Shown piece after piece: positions 8,159 to 16,332 of a stretch of DNA of 32,000 bases. Positions within the stretch are counted from its first letter, which is position 1. Each line of letters begins with the position of its first letter. The position numbers and the translations under genes were made by a program. Origin of the DNA: an uncultured Chloroflexia bacterium (GTDB lineage: Bacteria > Chloroflexota > Ktedonobacteria > Ktedonobacterales > JADMIN01); assembly GCA_963718915.1 (NCBI GenBank), contig CAVRAI010000006.1, positions 154,827 through 186,826 on the forward strand, in the 5' to 3' direction. The notes beneath the pieces were generated by a model. That model did not search any database. It had not been told where the DNA came from and saw only the letters and a list, made by a program, of their open reading frames with translations.

Positions 8159-8545
8159 CTAAGGCGCAAGGGGAAACGGTCCGGCTAATTGGAATAACAC
8201 GACAATTACGGCAATGAAAGCCAAGGGCAGGAGCGTGCCTCCATAGCCGAGCACGAGACCAGCCGTGGCGAGCACCGCGCCGCTGCTGCCTAGCATGGCA
8301 CGACCGGCGCGGGCGAGATGGCCGAGCACGACGCCCATGACGCCGCAGGCTACGCTGAGGGCAAAGAACCACCCGAGGAGAAAGAACCATCCGTGTAGGG
8401 AAAAGATTACAGCGGTATAGGCTCCGAAGAGGAGGAGACTGAGGATGCCACAGAGGAGGCTGGCGACGGCTGTGGCCAGCAGCCAGGGCGCAGTGGTGGC
8501 TGCGGCCTGAGGACCGTCGGGCAAAGGAAGGGGTGACGGTAACAC
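8159..8545 (-). CDS. Small hypothetical integral membrane protein (3-4 predicted TM helices, DUF4190-like appearance)
   Basis: The ORF track gives 8159-8626 (TTG). GTG 8545 has a much better SD (AGGAG plus 7 nt). Hydrophobic segments include LLATAVASLLCGILSLLLFG, GWFFLLGWFFALSVACGVMGVVLG and LVLGYGGTLLPLAFIAVIVVLF. I do not recognise a function. Confidence 0.55.
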   Translation of the reverse strand: MLPSPLPLPDGPQAAATTAPWLLATAVASLLCGILSLLLFGAYTAVIFSLHGWFFLLGWFFALSVACGVMGVVLGHLARAGRAMLGSSGAVLATAGLVLGYGGTLLPLAFIAVIVVLFQLAGPFPLAP

Positions 8546-8655
8546 CAGCTTACTCCTCGGACTACCTAGCGTCCCACTGTCGCAGTGTGTGGGCGCCAAC
8601 GTGACAGATGCTAGCGGCCGAAGCAATCGCTGTCAAGTTCTCTGTGGACTGGGCA

Positions 8656-9483
8656 CTAGGTTCTTTTGCCATTTAGGCAGGGCCTTCACCGCAACCAAAC
8701 GAGCGCACAAACGAAGTGGACAAAGCCGAGAAAGGAGCGGTCCAGTTTCTCGAAACGCGAGAAGATGCGGCGAAAGTGCTTGAGTTTATTGAAGCAGCAT
8801 TCGACCAGATGGCGTTCGCGGTAGACCCAGGGATCGTACTCGCGTTTGACCTTGGCGCACTGATGCGGTGGAATGGCCGCCTCACAGCCGCGCTGATTCA
8901 CGTAGGCGATGAACGGCGCTCCGGCATAGCCCCGATCTGCCAGGACTTTCTGGAAGGTCAACGCAGTGAGCAACGCCTCGGCTTGGATGCTGTCGTGGCG
9001 TTGGCCAGGCGTCAAGATGACGCGTAAGGGATTGCCTAAACCGTCAACGGTGAGGTGGATTTTGCAACTGAAGCCGCCGCGACTCCGCCCGAGCGCTTGC
9101 GCCCCGTATTTTTTTGCGCGCTTGCGGCACAGGGATGGGCCCGCACAATCGTGGCGTCAATCATCCCATGTTCGGTATCGGGGTCGCTGGCCAACGCAGC
9201 GAGCAGGCGTTCCCACACCCCAGCTTCGCACCAGCGCACAAACCGCTTGTACACGCTATTCCACGCCCCATATTCCGCAGGCAGCAAGCGCCATTGCGCC
9301 ACTGCGGCTCATCCACTTCACCGCCTCCACGAAGCGGCGGCACGCCTGCTCATCTCGGCCGATGTAGGCCTGCGACTCCTGGCGCAAGAACGGGTGGATC
9401 TTGGTCCAGTCGGCGTCGCTCAATCGAATGTCGGTCATGCCTCCTACTCTAGGGGGTCCTGCCTAAATGTCAACAGAACCTAG
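8656..9483 (-). mobile_element. IS5-family insertion sequence (IS427/IS1031-like size): 820-bp element 8660-9479 flanked by CTAG/CTAG target duplication
   Basis: Terminal inverted repeats GGTTCTTTTGCCATTTAGGCAGGGCC (from 8660) and GGTCCTGCCTAAATGTCAACAGAACC (to 9479) match 26/29 when the flanking CTAG is included. CTAG lies directly outside both ends (8656-8659 and 9480-9483), fitting the YTAR target of the IS5 family. The interior encodes a DDE transposase. Confidence 0.85.
8686..9438 (-). pseudogene. IS5-family DDE transposase split over three reading frames
   Basis: The three minus-strand ORFs (9438-9256, 9302-9036, 9015-8686) join into one ~250-aa IS5-type transposase: MTDIRLSDADWTKIHPFL...WMSRSGA / [32 protein letters not shown]...[16 protein letters not shown] / [41 protein letters not shown]...LADRGYAG...YRERHLVECCFNKLKHFRRIFSRFEK. 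The first break is near 9294-9302. The second is at an A7 run (T7 on the plus strand, 9109-9115). Confidence 0.8.
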
Positions 9484-9508
9484 AAATAACCCCGTACCGC
9501 GTGCTGGC

Positions 9509-9632
9509 GTGGGCCTGCCGGAGCCTGCCAGCAAATGGGCCAGAGAGACCGGGAAATTCGCCGTAGCGTTCACGCTACGGCCTACCTCGCCCCACCGCAA
9601 AGCCCGTCTCCGTCGCACATGCTAAAACGACA
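9509..9632 (+). repeat. Intergenic repeat family, copy B
   Basis: Blocks shared with copy C: GTGGGCCTGCCGGAGCCTGCCAGC (24/24), AAATTCGCCGTAGCGTTCACGCTACGGCCT (28/30, both differences within the hairpin), CTCGCCCC and GCTAAAACG. The hairpin GCCGTAGCG-TTCA-CGCTACGGC is at 9560-9581. Confidence 0.8.
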
Positions 9633-9845
9633 TAAACCCCGCCTGAATGGCCTCGCTGCGCTCCGCCACGAAACCCGCGACGGCGGGTTGTAGCGATCCA
9701 CTCGCCAGCGGGTCTCGCGTTGGGACCCGGTCTGAGAGTCCGCGCAGGCGGACTTCGTGGCCGCAGGCCGTAAAGGCGCGACTTCAGTCGCCCGCCGATG
9801 CGCTTGCTTGCGCAAATCGAAGCTCTTGGGTAGACTAGGGCCACG

Positions 9846-12800
9846 TTGTTGGGTAAAACCATCGAATGGGAGAACTGGCCGGTGTCTCCACGTCGCATCC
9901 CTATTGTCATTGACGATCATCTGGTGACCAATGCGGGCGAGCCTCATGCCATCGCGGTTGGGTCGCAGGGATGGTTTGCGTGGCTGTGCAGTGAGACTCC
10001 GTCCTCGTTTTCGTATCAGACACCCGACGGCGCCATCACCATCCGGCCCGAAAAGAAACGCCAGGGCTGGTACTGGTACGCCTATCACGCGACGCAAGGC
10101 TCACTGCGCAAATCGTATCTGGGCAAAGCGAACTCCATGACCGCGGAACGCCTGCGTCTGGTCGCCGCCACACTGACCCACCAGCCTGGAACCCCGGAGC
10201 AGTTATCCGGCGTGCGCATGACATTTCTTGGCGCGACGCACCTGACACGCGCTGACCGTGACATCACCCTCACATCCATGAAAGCCATTGGCCTGCTGGC
10301 CTATCTCGGCGTCCATGGGCGCCCGCAACGCCGGGAGCATCTGCTGGCGCTGCTGTGGCCCGAAAGCCCCGTTGCCCAGGCGCGCAAGAATCTGCGTAAC
10401 CTTCTCTGGTCCATCCGCGATACGCTCGGCCAGGAGGTGGTGACCGGCCAGGAGAGCCTCGTCCTGGGTGCGCTGGTCTCGGTGGATATCGGACGCTTCA
10501 CGCAGGCGCAGCGTGAGGCGCGGCAACGCGAGGCAGGCGGCGCGAGCGCGCTCGAATGTTATCAGACGATGATTGCGCTCTATCAGGGCAGCTTCCTGGA
10601 TGGAATCGCCATCAACGACGCGGCTGAGTTCGAGACCTGGGTCGCCATGACACGCGAACACTTCCACGAGGCGCACACCCATGCGTTACGCGCGCTCGCC
10701 GCATACTATCGCGCGGAGGGGCGCTGGGCGGATGTCATCACCCTCGCACGGACGGCCGTTATGGCGGATATCCTGCAGGAGCCGATGTATCGGATGTTGA
10801 TGGAGGCGCATGCCCGAATGGGAGATCGCGCCTCGGCGCTGCGCCAGTACGAGACGCTTCGGACGACGCTCGATCGCGAGTTGGGGGTGGCGCCGCTCGC
10901 CGAGACCGAGCAGCTTCGCCGCGATATTCTCGATGGACGCCTGCAGCCTGTCCCGGCGGATACCTCCGTCTCGTCGCTGCCAGCGCGATCCGCATCGAAT
11001 CAGCCTGCCGCGCCCTTCATCGGGCGAGATAGTGAGATGGCGGCGCTCGATGACCTCTGGGCGACGGCGCAGCAGGGGCAGGCGCAGGCGGCGCTCATCG
11101 CGGGTGAGGCTGGTCAGGGCAAATCACGTCTGTGGCAGATGTGGTCCGCGCGACTCGCCCCAGCGGCCACAGTGCTGGAGGCGCAATGTCTCTCCACCAC
11201 ACAGAGTTTGCCGTTCGCGCCCGTGGCTGATCTGTTGCGCAGCCCGCTGATGCGCCGCCGGTTGCTGCGGCTGGCCCATGCGGCGCCGGTCTGGCTGGAA
11301 GACGTCATGCAGCTTGTCCCTGACCTGCGCGACGAACTACCGGTTCCGCTGCCGTCCACCATTCTTCCCCCGCTCGAGGAGCAACGGCGGCTCTTCGAGG
11401 CGCTGGTGCAGAGCCTTGGCATCCGGGCGGAGCATCCGCTGGCGCTATTTTTCGATAACCTGCACTGGGCGGATCAGGCGACTATTGAGTGGCTGGGCTA
11501 CCTGCTGCATCGGGAGCACAATCTGCCATTGCTCGTCGTCGGCGCCTACCGGCCAGAAGAAGCGCCGCCACCGCTCATGGCGCTGATAGCCTCGTGGATG
11601 CGCGACGGAGTGGCCCAACGTCTTCCGCTGGCACGGCTCGACCGCGAGGAGACAGCCCAACTGATCGCAGCGCTCAGTGGCGATGTAGGGCGCGTTGAAG
11701 AACTCTATGCCCGGAGCGCGGGCAACCCTTACTTCCTGATCGAGTTGCTGCGCGCCGAACCCGGTGCGATGCCCGCCCAACTGGCCGACCTCATCATCTT
11801 GCGGCTCGACCAACTGCCCGGCGCCGCGCGCCAGATATTGCAGGTTGCCGCGTTGATACAGCCGGAAATTGACTGTACGCTGCTTCAGTACATTAGTGGG
11901 CGAACCGAGGAAGAGACGATTGAGGCGGTCGAAACGCTGCAGCAGACCGGGCTGCTCCGCGACGAAGGGCAGCGTTACGCCTTCGGCCATCCGCTGATTG
12001 CCGATGTCGTCGGCGCCGAGATGAGCCGCGCCCGCCGGACCATTCTGCATCGGCGCGTCGCCGAGACGCTTGAGCGCCTCGCGAGCGAGCGGCTGACGGA
12101 GATTTCAGGGCGGCTGGCTCATCACTTCCGCGAGGCTGAGAATCCCGAGCGCGCCGCCTACTACGCCGAGTTGGCGGGGGATCGCGCGCTCTCGCTGGCC
12201 GCGCCGGTCGAGGCGGCGCAGTTCTACGAGCAGGCGCTGGAGTTGCAGGCCACCGCGCTCCGCTACTATCGCCTAGGATTGGCGCGTCGTCGCCAGGCGG
12301 ATCTGGAGGGCGCTCGCGCCGCCTACATTCAGGCGTTACGCGCCTGCGAGCAGGCCAACGAATGGTCGTGGGCATCGCGCATCTGCCTGGAAATGGCGCG
12401 CATCTGTCTGGCGCGCAACCAGTTCGACGACATTGTGACCTGGGTGGAACGCGCCCGTGGCTATCTTCCCTATGATGAAGACCCCGTGCTGCCACACGTG
12501 CTATCCGCCTACCTGATGGGCGGCCACCTGCGCGGCACCGGCCAGTCGCTGCAAGCTGCCATCGCTCAGCTCAACGAGGCGTTGCTCGGCGCCATCAAGG
12601 GGAATATGGTCGAGCTACTGCCCGGCATCCTGCTGGAGCTAGGGACGGTCGTCGCCCACACCGGAGAGTCTACCAGCGCCATTCGCTGCTTTAATGAACT
12701 CATCGCCATCGCCCATACCATCGGCGACTACTTCCACGAAGCCCTCGGCTATCACAATCTGGCGGCTACCGCGCTCCAGGTGGGTGACCTGCCGATGGCG

Positions 12801-13259
12801 CGCAACGCCATCGAGGCGGGGATGAGGCTGGCGCGCTCGCGGGCGGTGCATCTGGTCAACCAGTGGCTCTTTGCGACACGCGGCGAGCTAGCCATGGCCG
12901 AGCGGCACTGGCATGAGGCGGAAACCTGGTTTGCGCGCGGCCTGGCCGAAGCCGAGCGCCACGATAACACCGTCCAGATTGCGCACCTTCAGGCGGATAG
13001 GGGATTGGTCGCGTTCGAGCGCGGCGAGGTCGATCAGGCCATCACACTGCTGGAAAACACTCACACACGCCTGACGCGCGAATCCGCGCGCTATCTGCTC
13101 ATCACCATTGATCTGCGTCTCATCGAGATTGAGGTGCAGGTAGGCAGGCAGGATGTCGCAAGGCTCATCCTTAATCGCGCGCAGGAACTGCTACGCGGGA
13201 GTGACTACGCCGCGCTGCATGCCTGGGCGGATCGTCTGCGGAGCCTGCTCTGCCCATGA
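9846..13259 (+). CDS. Large SARP/AfsR-like transcriptional regulator: N-terminal uncharacterised domain + winged-helix/BTAD + P-loop NTPase (AAA_16/STAND-like) + TPR-like repeats
   Basis: Winged-helix and BTAD region: KAIGLLAYLGVHGRPQRREHLLALLWPESPVAQARKNLRNLLWSIRDTLG ... YRMLMEAHARMGDRASALRQYETLRTTLDRELGVAP. Walker A GEAGQGKS. Walker B-like LALFFDNLHWAD. The C-terminal ~500 aa are helical-repeat/TPR-like. The start is uncertain: TTG 9846/9849, or GTG 9882 with GGGAGAA upstream. Confidence 0.85.
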   Translation: MLGKTIEWENWPVSPRRIPIVIDDHLVTNAGEPHAIAVGSQGWFAWLCSETPSSFSYQTPDGAITIRPEKKRQGWYWYAYHATQGSLRKSYLGKANSMTAERLRLVAATLTHQPGTPEQLSGVRMTFLGATHLTRADRDITLTSMKAIGLLAYLGVHGRPQRREHLLALLWPESPVAQARKNLRNLLWSIRDTLGQEVVTGQESLVLGALVSVDIGRFTQAQREARQREAGGASALECYQTMIALYQGSFLDGIAINDAAEFETWVAMTREHFHEAHTHALRALAAYYRAEGRWADVITLARTAVMADILQEPMYRMLMEAHARMGDRASALRQYETLRTTLDRELGVAPLAETEQLRRDILDGRLQPVPADTSVSSLPARSASNQPAAPFIGRDSEMAALDDLWATAQQGQAQAALIAGEAGQGKSRLWQMWSARLAPAATVLEAQCLSTTQSLPFAPVADLLRSPLMRRRLLRLAHAAPVWLEDVMQLVPDLRDELPVPLPSTILPPLEEQRRLFEALVQSLGIRAEHPLALFFDNLHWADQATIEWLGYLLHREHNLPLLVVGAYRPEEAPPPLMALIASWMRDGVAQRLPLARLDREETAQLIAALSGDVGRVEELYARSAGNPYFLIELLRAEPGAMPAQLADLIILRLDQLPGAARQILQVAALIQPEIDCTLLQYISGRTEEETIEAVETLQQTGLLRDEGQRYAFGHPLIADVVGAEMSRARRTILHRRVAETLERLASERLTEISGRLAHHFREAENPERAAYYAELAGDRALSLAAPVEAAQFYEQALELQATALRYYRLGLARRRQADLEGARAAYIQALRACEQANEWSWASRICLEMARICLARNQFDDIVTWVERARGYLPYDEDPVLPHVLSAYLMGGHLRGTGQSLQAAIAQLNEALLGAIKGNMVELLPGILLELGTVVAHTGESTSAIRCFNELIAIAHTIGDYFHEALGYHNLAATALQVGDLPMARNAIEAGMRLARSRAVHLVNQWLFATRGELAMAERHWHEAETWFARGLAEAERHDNTVQIAHLQADRGLVAFERGEVDQAITLLENTHTRLTRESARYLLITIDLRLIEIEVQVGRQDVARLILNRAQELLRGSDYAALHAWADRLRSLLCP

Positions 13260-13298
13260 ATTACCCAACACCTCTTCCACGCCGCATTGGGTAATTCA
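13257..13298. other. Perfect 12-bp inverted repeat TGAATTACCCAA ... TTGGGTAATTCA with an 18-nt spacer, overlapping the regulator's stop codon
   Basis: 13257-13268 is the exact reverse complement of 13287-13298. No U-tract follows, so it is not a classical intrinsic terminator. It could be an atypical terminator or a protein-binding palindrome. Confidence 0.45.
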
Positions 13299-13540
13299 CT
13301 TCGCAAGGAAGCCCCTTGATATCCCTATCTTAAAAAAGGACAGTGCAAGGGATAGCCTGAATGACATGTCTTGTTTACACTCCTCGCAATATCCATGCTC
13401 AGCCGTTCCCGCTGACTTTGAGAACCACCATCTGCGTTGGTTGTGTCTGTTGGCGCTCTGGCGCCAAAGCGCCTTGCATAACCTGCATGACCCGTAGCCG
13501 TCGTCTGCCTGATAGTACGCCGTTGTACGAAGGAGACCGC

Positions 13541-15019
13541 ATGAGTTCCCCAGTATCCCCATACCTGCTTGACCCCGGCATCTGGGGCGGAAAAGTGTTC
13601 AACGGAGAATGGGTTGCTCCGGCTGGTGGCATCTTTCCCGTCACCGAGCCAGCAACCGGCGCATCGCTCGGCGCCGTAGGGCGGGCAAACGAGGACGACG
13701 CGCGCCAGGCGGGGAGGCAGGCGGCGGCAGCCCAGAAAGAATGGGCGCGCCTCCCGTATGCCGAACGCGCGCGCATCATGCGCCGGGCTGGCGACCTGCT
13801 GGCGCAACACGCTCGCGAAATCCAGGCGTGGATCATCCGCGAGACGGGTTCGATTCCTGGCAAGGCGGGTTTCGAGCTACACGTCGGCTCCAGCGAATGT
13901 TACGAGGCCGCCACACTGCCATCGCAACCCTACGGGCGTCTCATCCCCTCCGAGGAGCCACGGCTGAGCATGGCGCGACGGATTCCGTCCGGCGTGGTCG
14001 GCGTGATCGCCCCGTTCAATGTGCCGCTGATCCTGGGCATTCGCTCGGTGGCTCCGGCGCTGGCGCTGGGGAATGCCGTCATCCTCAAGCCCGACCCACG
14101 CACCGCTGTCAGCGGGGGCGTTGTGCTGGCGCGCGTCTTTGAAGAGGCTGGCGTGCCCAAAGGCGTGCTGCATATGCTTCCGGGCGGCCCAGATGTGGGC
14201 GAGGCGATGATTACCGATCCCAACGTCCGCGTCATCAGCTTCACCGGATCGACCGCCGCCGGGCGACGAGTCGGCGAGCTGGCGGCGACACACCTGAAAC
14301 GCGCCCACCTCGAACTCGGCGGCAACAGCGCGCTCATTATCCTCGACGACGCCGATCTGGATCTCGCGGTAAACGCGGGCGCGTGGGGGTCATTCTTCCA
14401 TCAGGGCCAGATTTGCATGACGACCGGCCGCCATCTCGTCCATCACCGCATCGCGGACGAGTATACGCAGCGGCTGGCCGAGGCCGCCGAGCGTATGGCG
14501 GTGGGTGATCCGGCGCAGCAGCCAGTCTCGCTGGGGCCAATCATCGACGAGCGCCAGCGGGACAAGATTCACGGGCTGGTGACCGAAAGCGTGCGGGCGG
14601 GCGCGCAGCTGGCGGCGGGCGGACGATACGAGGGGCTGTTCTATCGTCCGACGGTGCTGGCGAACGTGACGCCGACCATGCCCGCCTATGCCAATGAGGT
14701 CTTTGGGCCGGTCGCGCCCGTGATTCGCTTCTCATCGCTCGACGAGGCGGTCGCGCTGGCGGGCGACACCGAGTACGGGCTTGCGTTGGGGATTCTGACC
14801 CGCGATGTCATGAAGGGCCTGGAACTGGCCGACCGCATCCCCAGCGGCATCGTGCATATCAACGATCAGACCATCAACGACGAGGCAGTGGCGCCCTTTG
14901 GCGGTCTCAACGCATCGGGCACGGGCGCGCGGTTTGGTGGCGCGGAGTGGAACATTGACGCCTTTACCGAGACGCAGTGGGTCACAGTTCGCGGCCAGAT
15001 CGCGCCCCATCAGCTCTGA
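13541..15019 (+). CDS. NAD(P)+-dependent aldehyde dehydrogenase (benzaldehyde / vanillin / hydroxybenzaldehyde dehydrogenase-like)
   Basis: The ORF track gives 13361-15019. I prefer ATG 13541 (MSSPVSPYLLDPGIWGGKVFNGEWV...), preceded by GAAGGAG. ALDH motifs: FNVPLILG, ELGGNSALIILDDADLD, catalytic Cys context GQICMTTGR, and FGGLNASG. Confidence 0.88.
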   Translation: MSSPVSPYLLDPGIWGGKVFNGEWVAPAGGIFPVTEPATGASLGAVGRANEDDARQAGRQAAAAQKEWARLPYAERARIMRRAGDLLAQHAREIQAWIIRETGSIPGKAGFELHVGSSECYEAATLPSQPYGRLIPSEEPRLSMARRIPSGVVGVIAPFNVPLILGIRSVAPALALGNAVILKPDPRTAVSGGVVLARVFEEAGVPKGVLHMLPGGPDVGEAMITDPNVRVISFTGSTAAGRRVGELAATHLKRAHLELGGNSALIILDDADLDLAVNAGAWGSFFHQGQICMTTGRHLVHHRIADEYTQRLAEAAERMAVGDPAQQPVSLGPIIDERQRDKIHGLVTESVRAGAQLAAGGRYEGLFYRPTVLANVTPTMPAYANEVFGPVAPVIRFSSLDEAVALAGDTEYGLALGILTRDVMKGLELADRIPSGIVHINDQTINDEAVAPFGGLNASGTGARFGGAEWNIDAFTETQWVTVRGQIAPHQL

Positions 15020-15188
15020 GTTCAAGAGGACGCGCCATGACCGCACCGTCATTTGATAATGGCAATGAACCAACATTGGCGACGGATCAATCGCAGCCAT
15101 CGCGAGCCATGCCTCGTCGCAGCCATCGCCGTCGTCGCAGGATACGCTCGTTCCACACGCCGCTGAAGCCAGCGTCAGTGGCGATTCC

Positions 15189-16196
15189 TTGCCGACCCCT
15201 GGCGGCGGTCGCGTACCTTCAGGAGTGCGCGCCGTCGTCCGGGTGATCGGTTCGCGCGACTATGTTGGCGTGCTCGTCGCCATCGTGGCGCTGGCGCTCG
15301 TCATCGGCCTGGCGCATCCGGCGTTTCTACGATTCAGCCAGTTGACCGATGTCCTCAACCAGGCGACATTCGTTGCCATTCTGGCCTGTGGCATGGCAAT
15401 GCTGCTGGCGATGCGCGAACTTGACCTCTCCGTGGGGTCTATCTACGCGCTGACCTCGGTGTGCGCCGCGATTCTCATGAAAAACGGGATGAACTCATGG
15501 GTCGCGGCGTTCATTGGCATCGGTGTCGGCGCCGCCCTCGGCCTGACGAACGGACTGATCGTCCAGTTGTTTCGCCTGCCATCCATCGTCGCCACACTGG
15601 CGACACTCTCGATCTTCCGAGGCCTGGCATACGCCATCAGCAATGGGCAGCAGTTGCTTGGCCCGTCGCTGAGCGACTCGTTCTCGGTCTTCGCGGGCGG
15701 CCATCTCTTCGGCATCCCGAACACGGTCTATGTGATGGTCGCGCTGGTGGCCGTGCTCACTGGAGTCCTCTATTACACGCCGTTTGGGTATCGTATCCGG
15801 TCGATTGGCTCCAATCCAGAGGCCGCGGCCTTCAGTGGCATTCCTGTTGTGCGGATTCGCTTGCTGGCGTTCGTCCTGATGGGGACACTTGGAGGTTTGG
15901 GAGGGGTATTGTCGCTTGGCTATTTCGGGGCTGGCGACCCTAACCTGGGAATCGGCTACGAGCTACTCGCGGTAGCGGCGGCGGTGATCGGTGGGACATC
16001 GCTCATGGGCGGAAAAGCCACCATCGTGGGCGCCGCGCTAGGCTCGATCTTATTAGCGGTCGTTGCCGCTGGCCTTGCGTATTTCAGTGTCCCCATCAAC
16101 TGGAATTCATTCGCGACAGGGGCAGTCATCCTGCTCGCGGTGATTCTCGATAGTTTACTGCGCAGACGTCGCACCAATAATTCCCCTCGACTCTGA
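15189..16196 (+). CDS. Sugar-type (CUT2, RbsC/XylH-like) ABC transporter permease
   Basis: Multi-span membrane ORF with an RbsC-like core (LDLSVGSIYALTSV..., GGTSLMGGKATIVGAALG). The start is uncertain: TTG 15189, GTG 15225 or GTG 15243. The frame is open from 15069 but has no canonical start before 15189. Confidence 0.8.
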   Translation: MPTPGGGRVPSGVRAVVRVIGSRDYVGVLVAIVALALVIGLAHPAFLRFSQLTDVLNQATFVAILACGMAMLLAMRELDLSVGSIYALTSVCAAILMKNGMNSWVAAFIGIGVGAALGLTNGLIVQLFRLPSIVATLATLSIFRGLAYAISNGQQLLGPSLSDSFSVFAGGHLFGIPNTVYVMVALVAVLTGVLYYTPFGYRIRSIGSNPEAAAFSGIPVVRIRLLAFVLMGTLGGLGGVLSLGYFGAGDPNLGIGYELLAVAAAVIGGTSLMGGKATIVGAALGSILLAVVAAGLAYFSVPINWNSFATGAVILLAVILDSLLRRRRTNNSPRL

Positions 16197-16235
16197 AATA
16201 TTGCCACGCTGACCTGACATGTGGATGGTTCATGT

Positions 16236-16253
16236 GGATCTCCGTGGAGATCC
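16236..16253. promoter_or_regulatory. 18-bp palindrome GGATCTCC-GT-GGAGATCC preceded by CATGTGGAT direct repeats, in the permease-SBP spacer
   Basis: The arms 16236-16243 and 16246-16253 are exact reverse complements. CATGTGGAT occurs at 16218-16226 and at 16231-16239. Confidence 0.35.
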
Positions 16254-16332
16254 CTCATACATTGCGCGTTGCGCCTCGATTCAGGCAGGCGTCTACGCAT
16301 AGATTGTCATCGTTGACCTGGAGGTGGAGATC

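Noticed and set aside
9575-10097. 111-aa and 171-aa minus-strand ORFs (9575-9910 and 9582-10097)
   Set aside because: They span repeat copy B and the 5' end of the regulator gene. They are Arg-rich with no SD.
11445-12495. ~200-aa minus-strand ORFs (11445-12050 and 11893-12495)
   Set aside because: They are antisense to the large regulator gene. The sequences are Arg/Pro-rich with no motifs.
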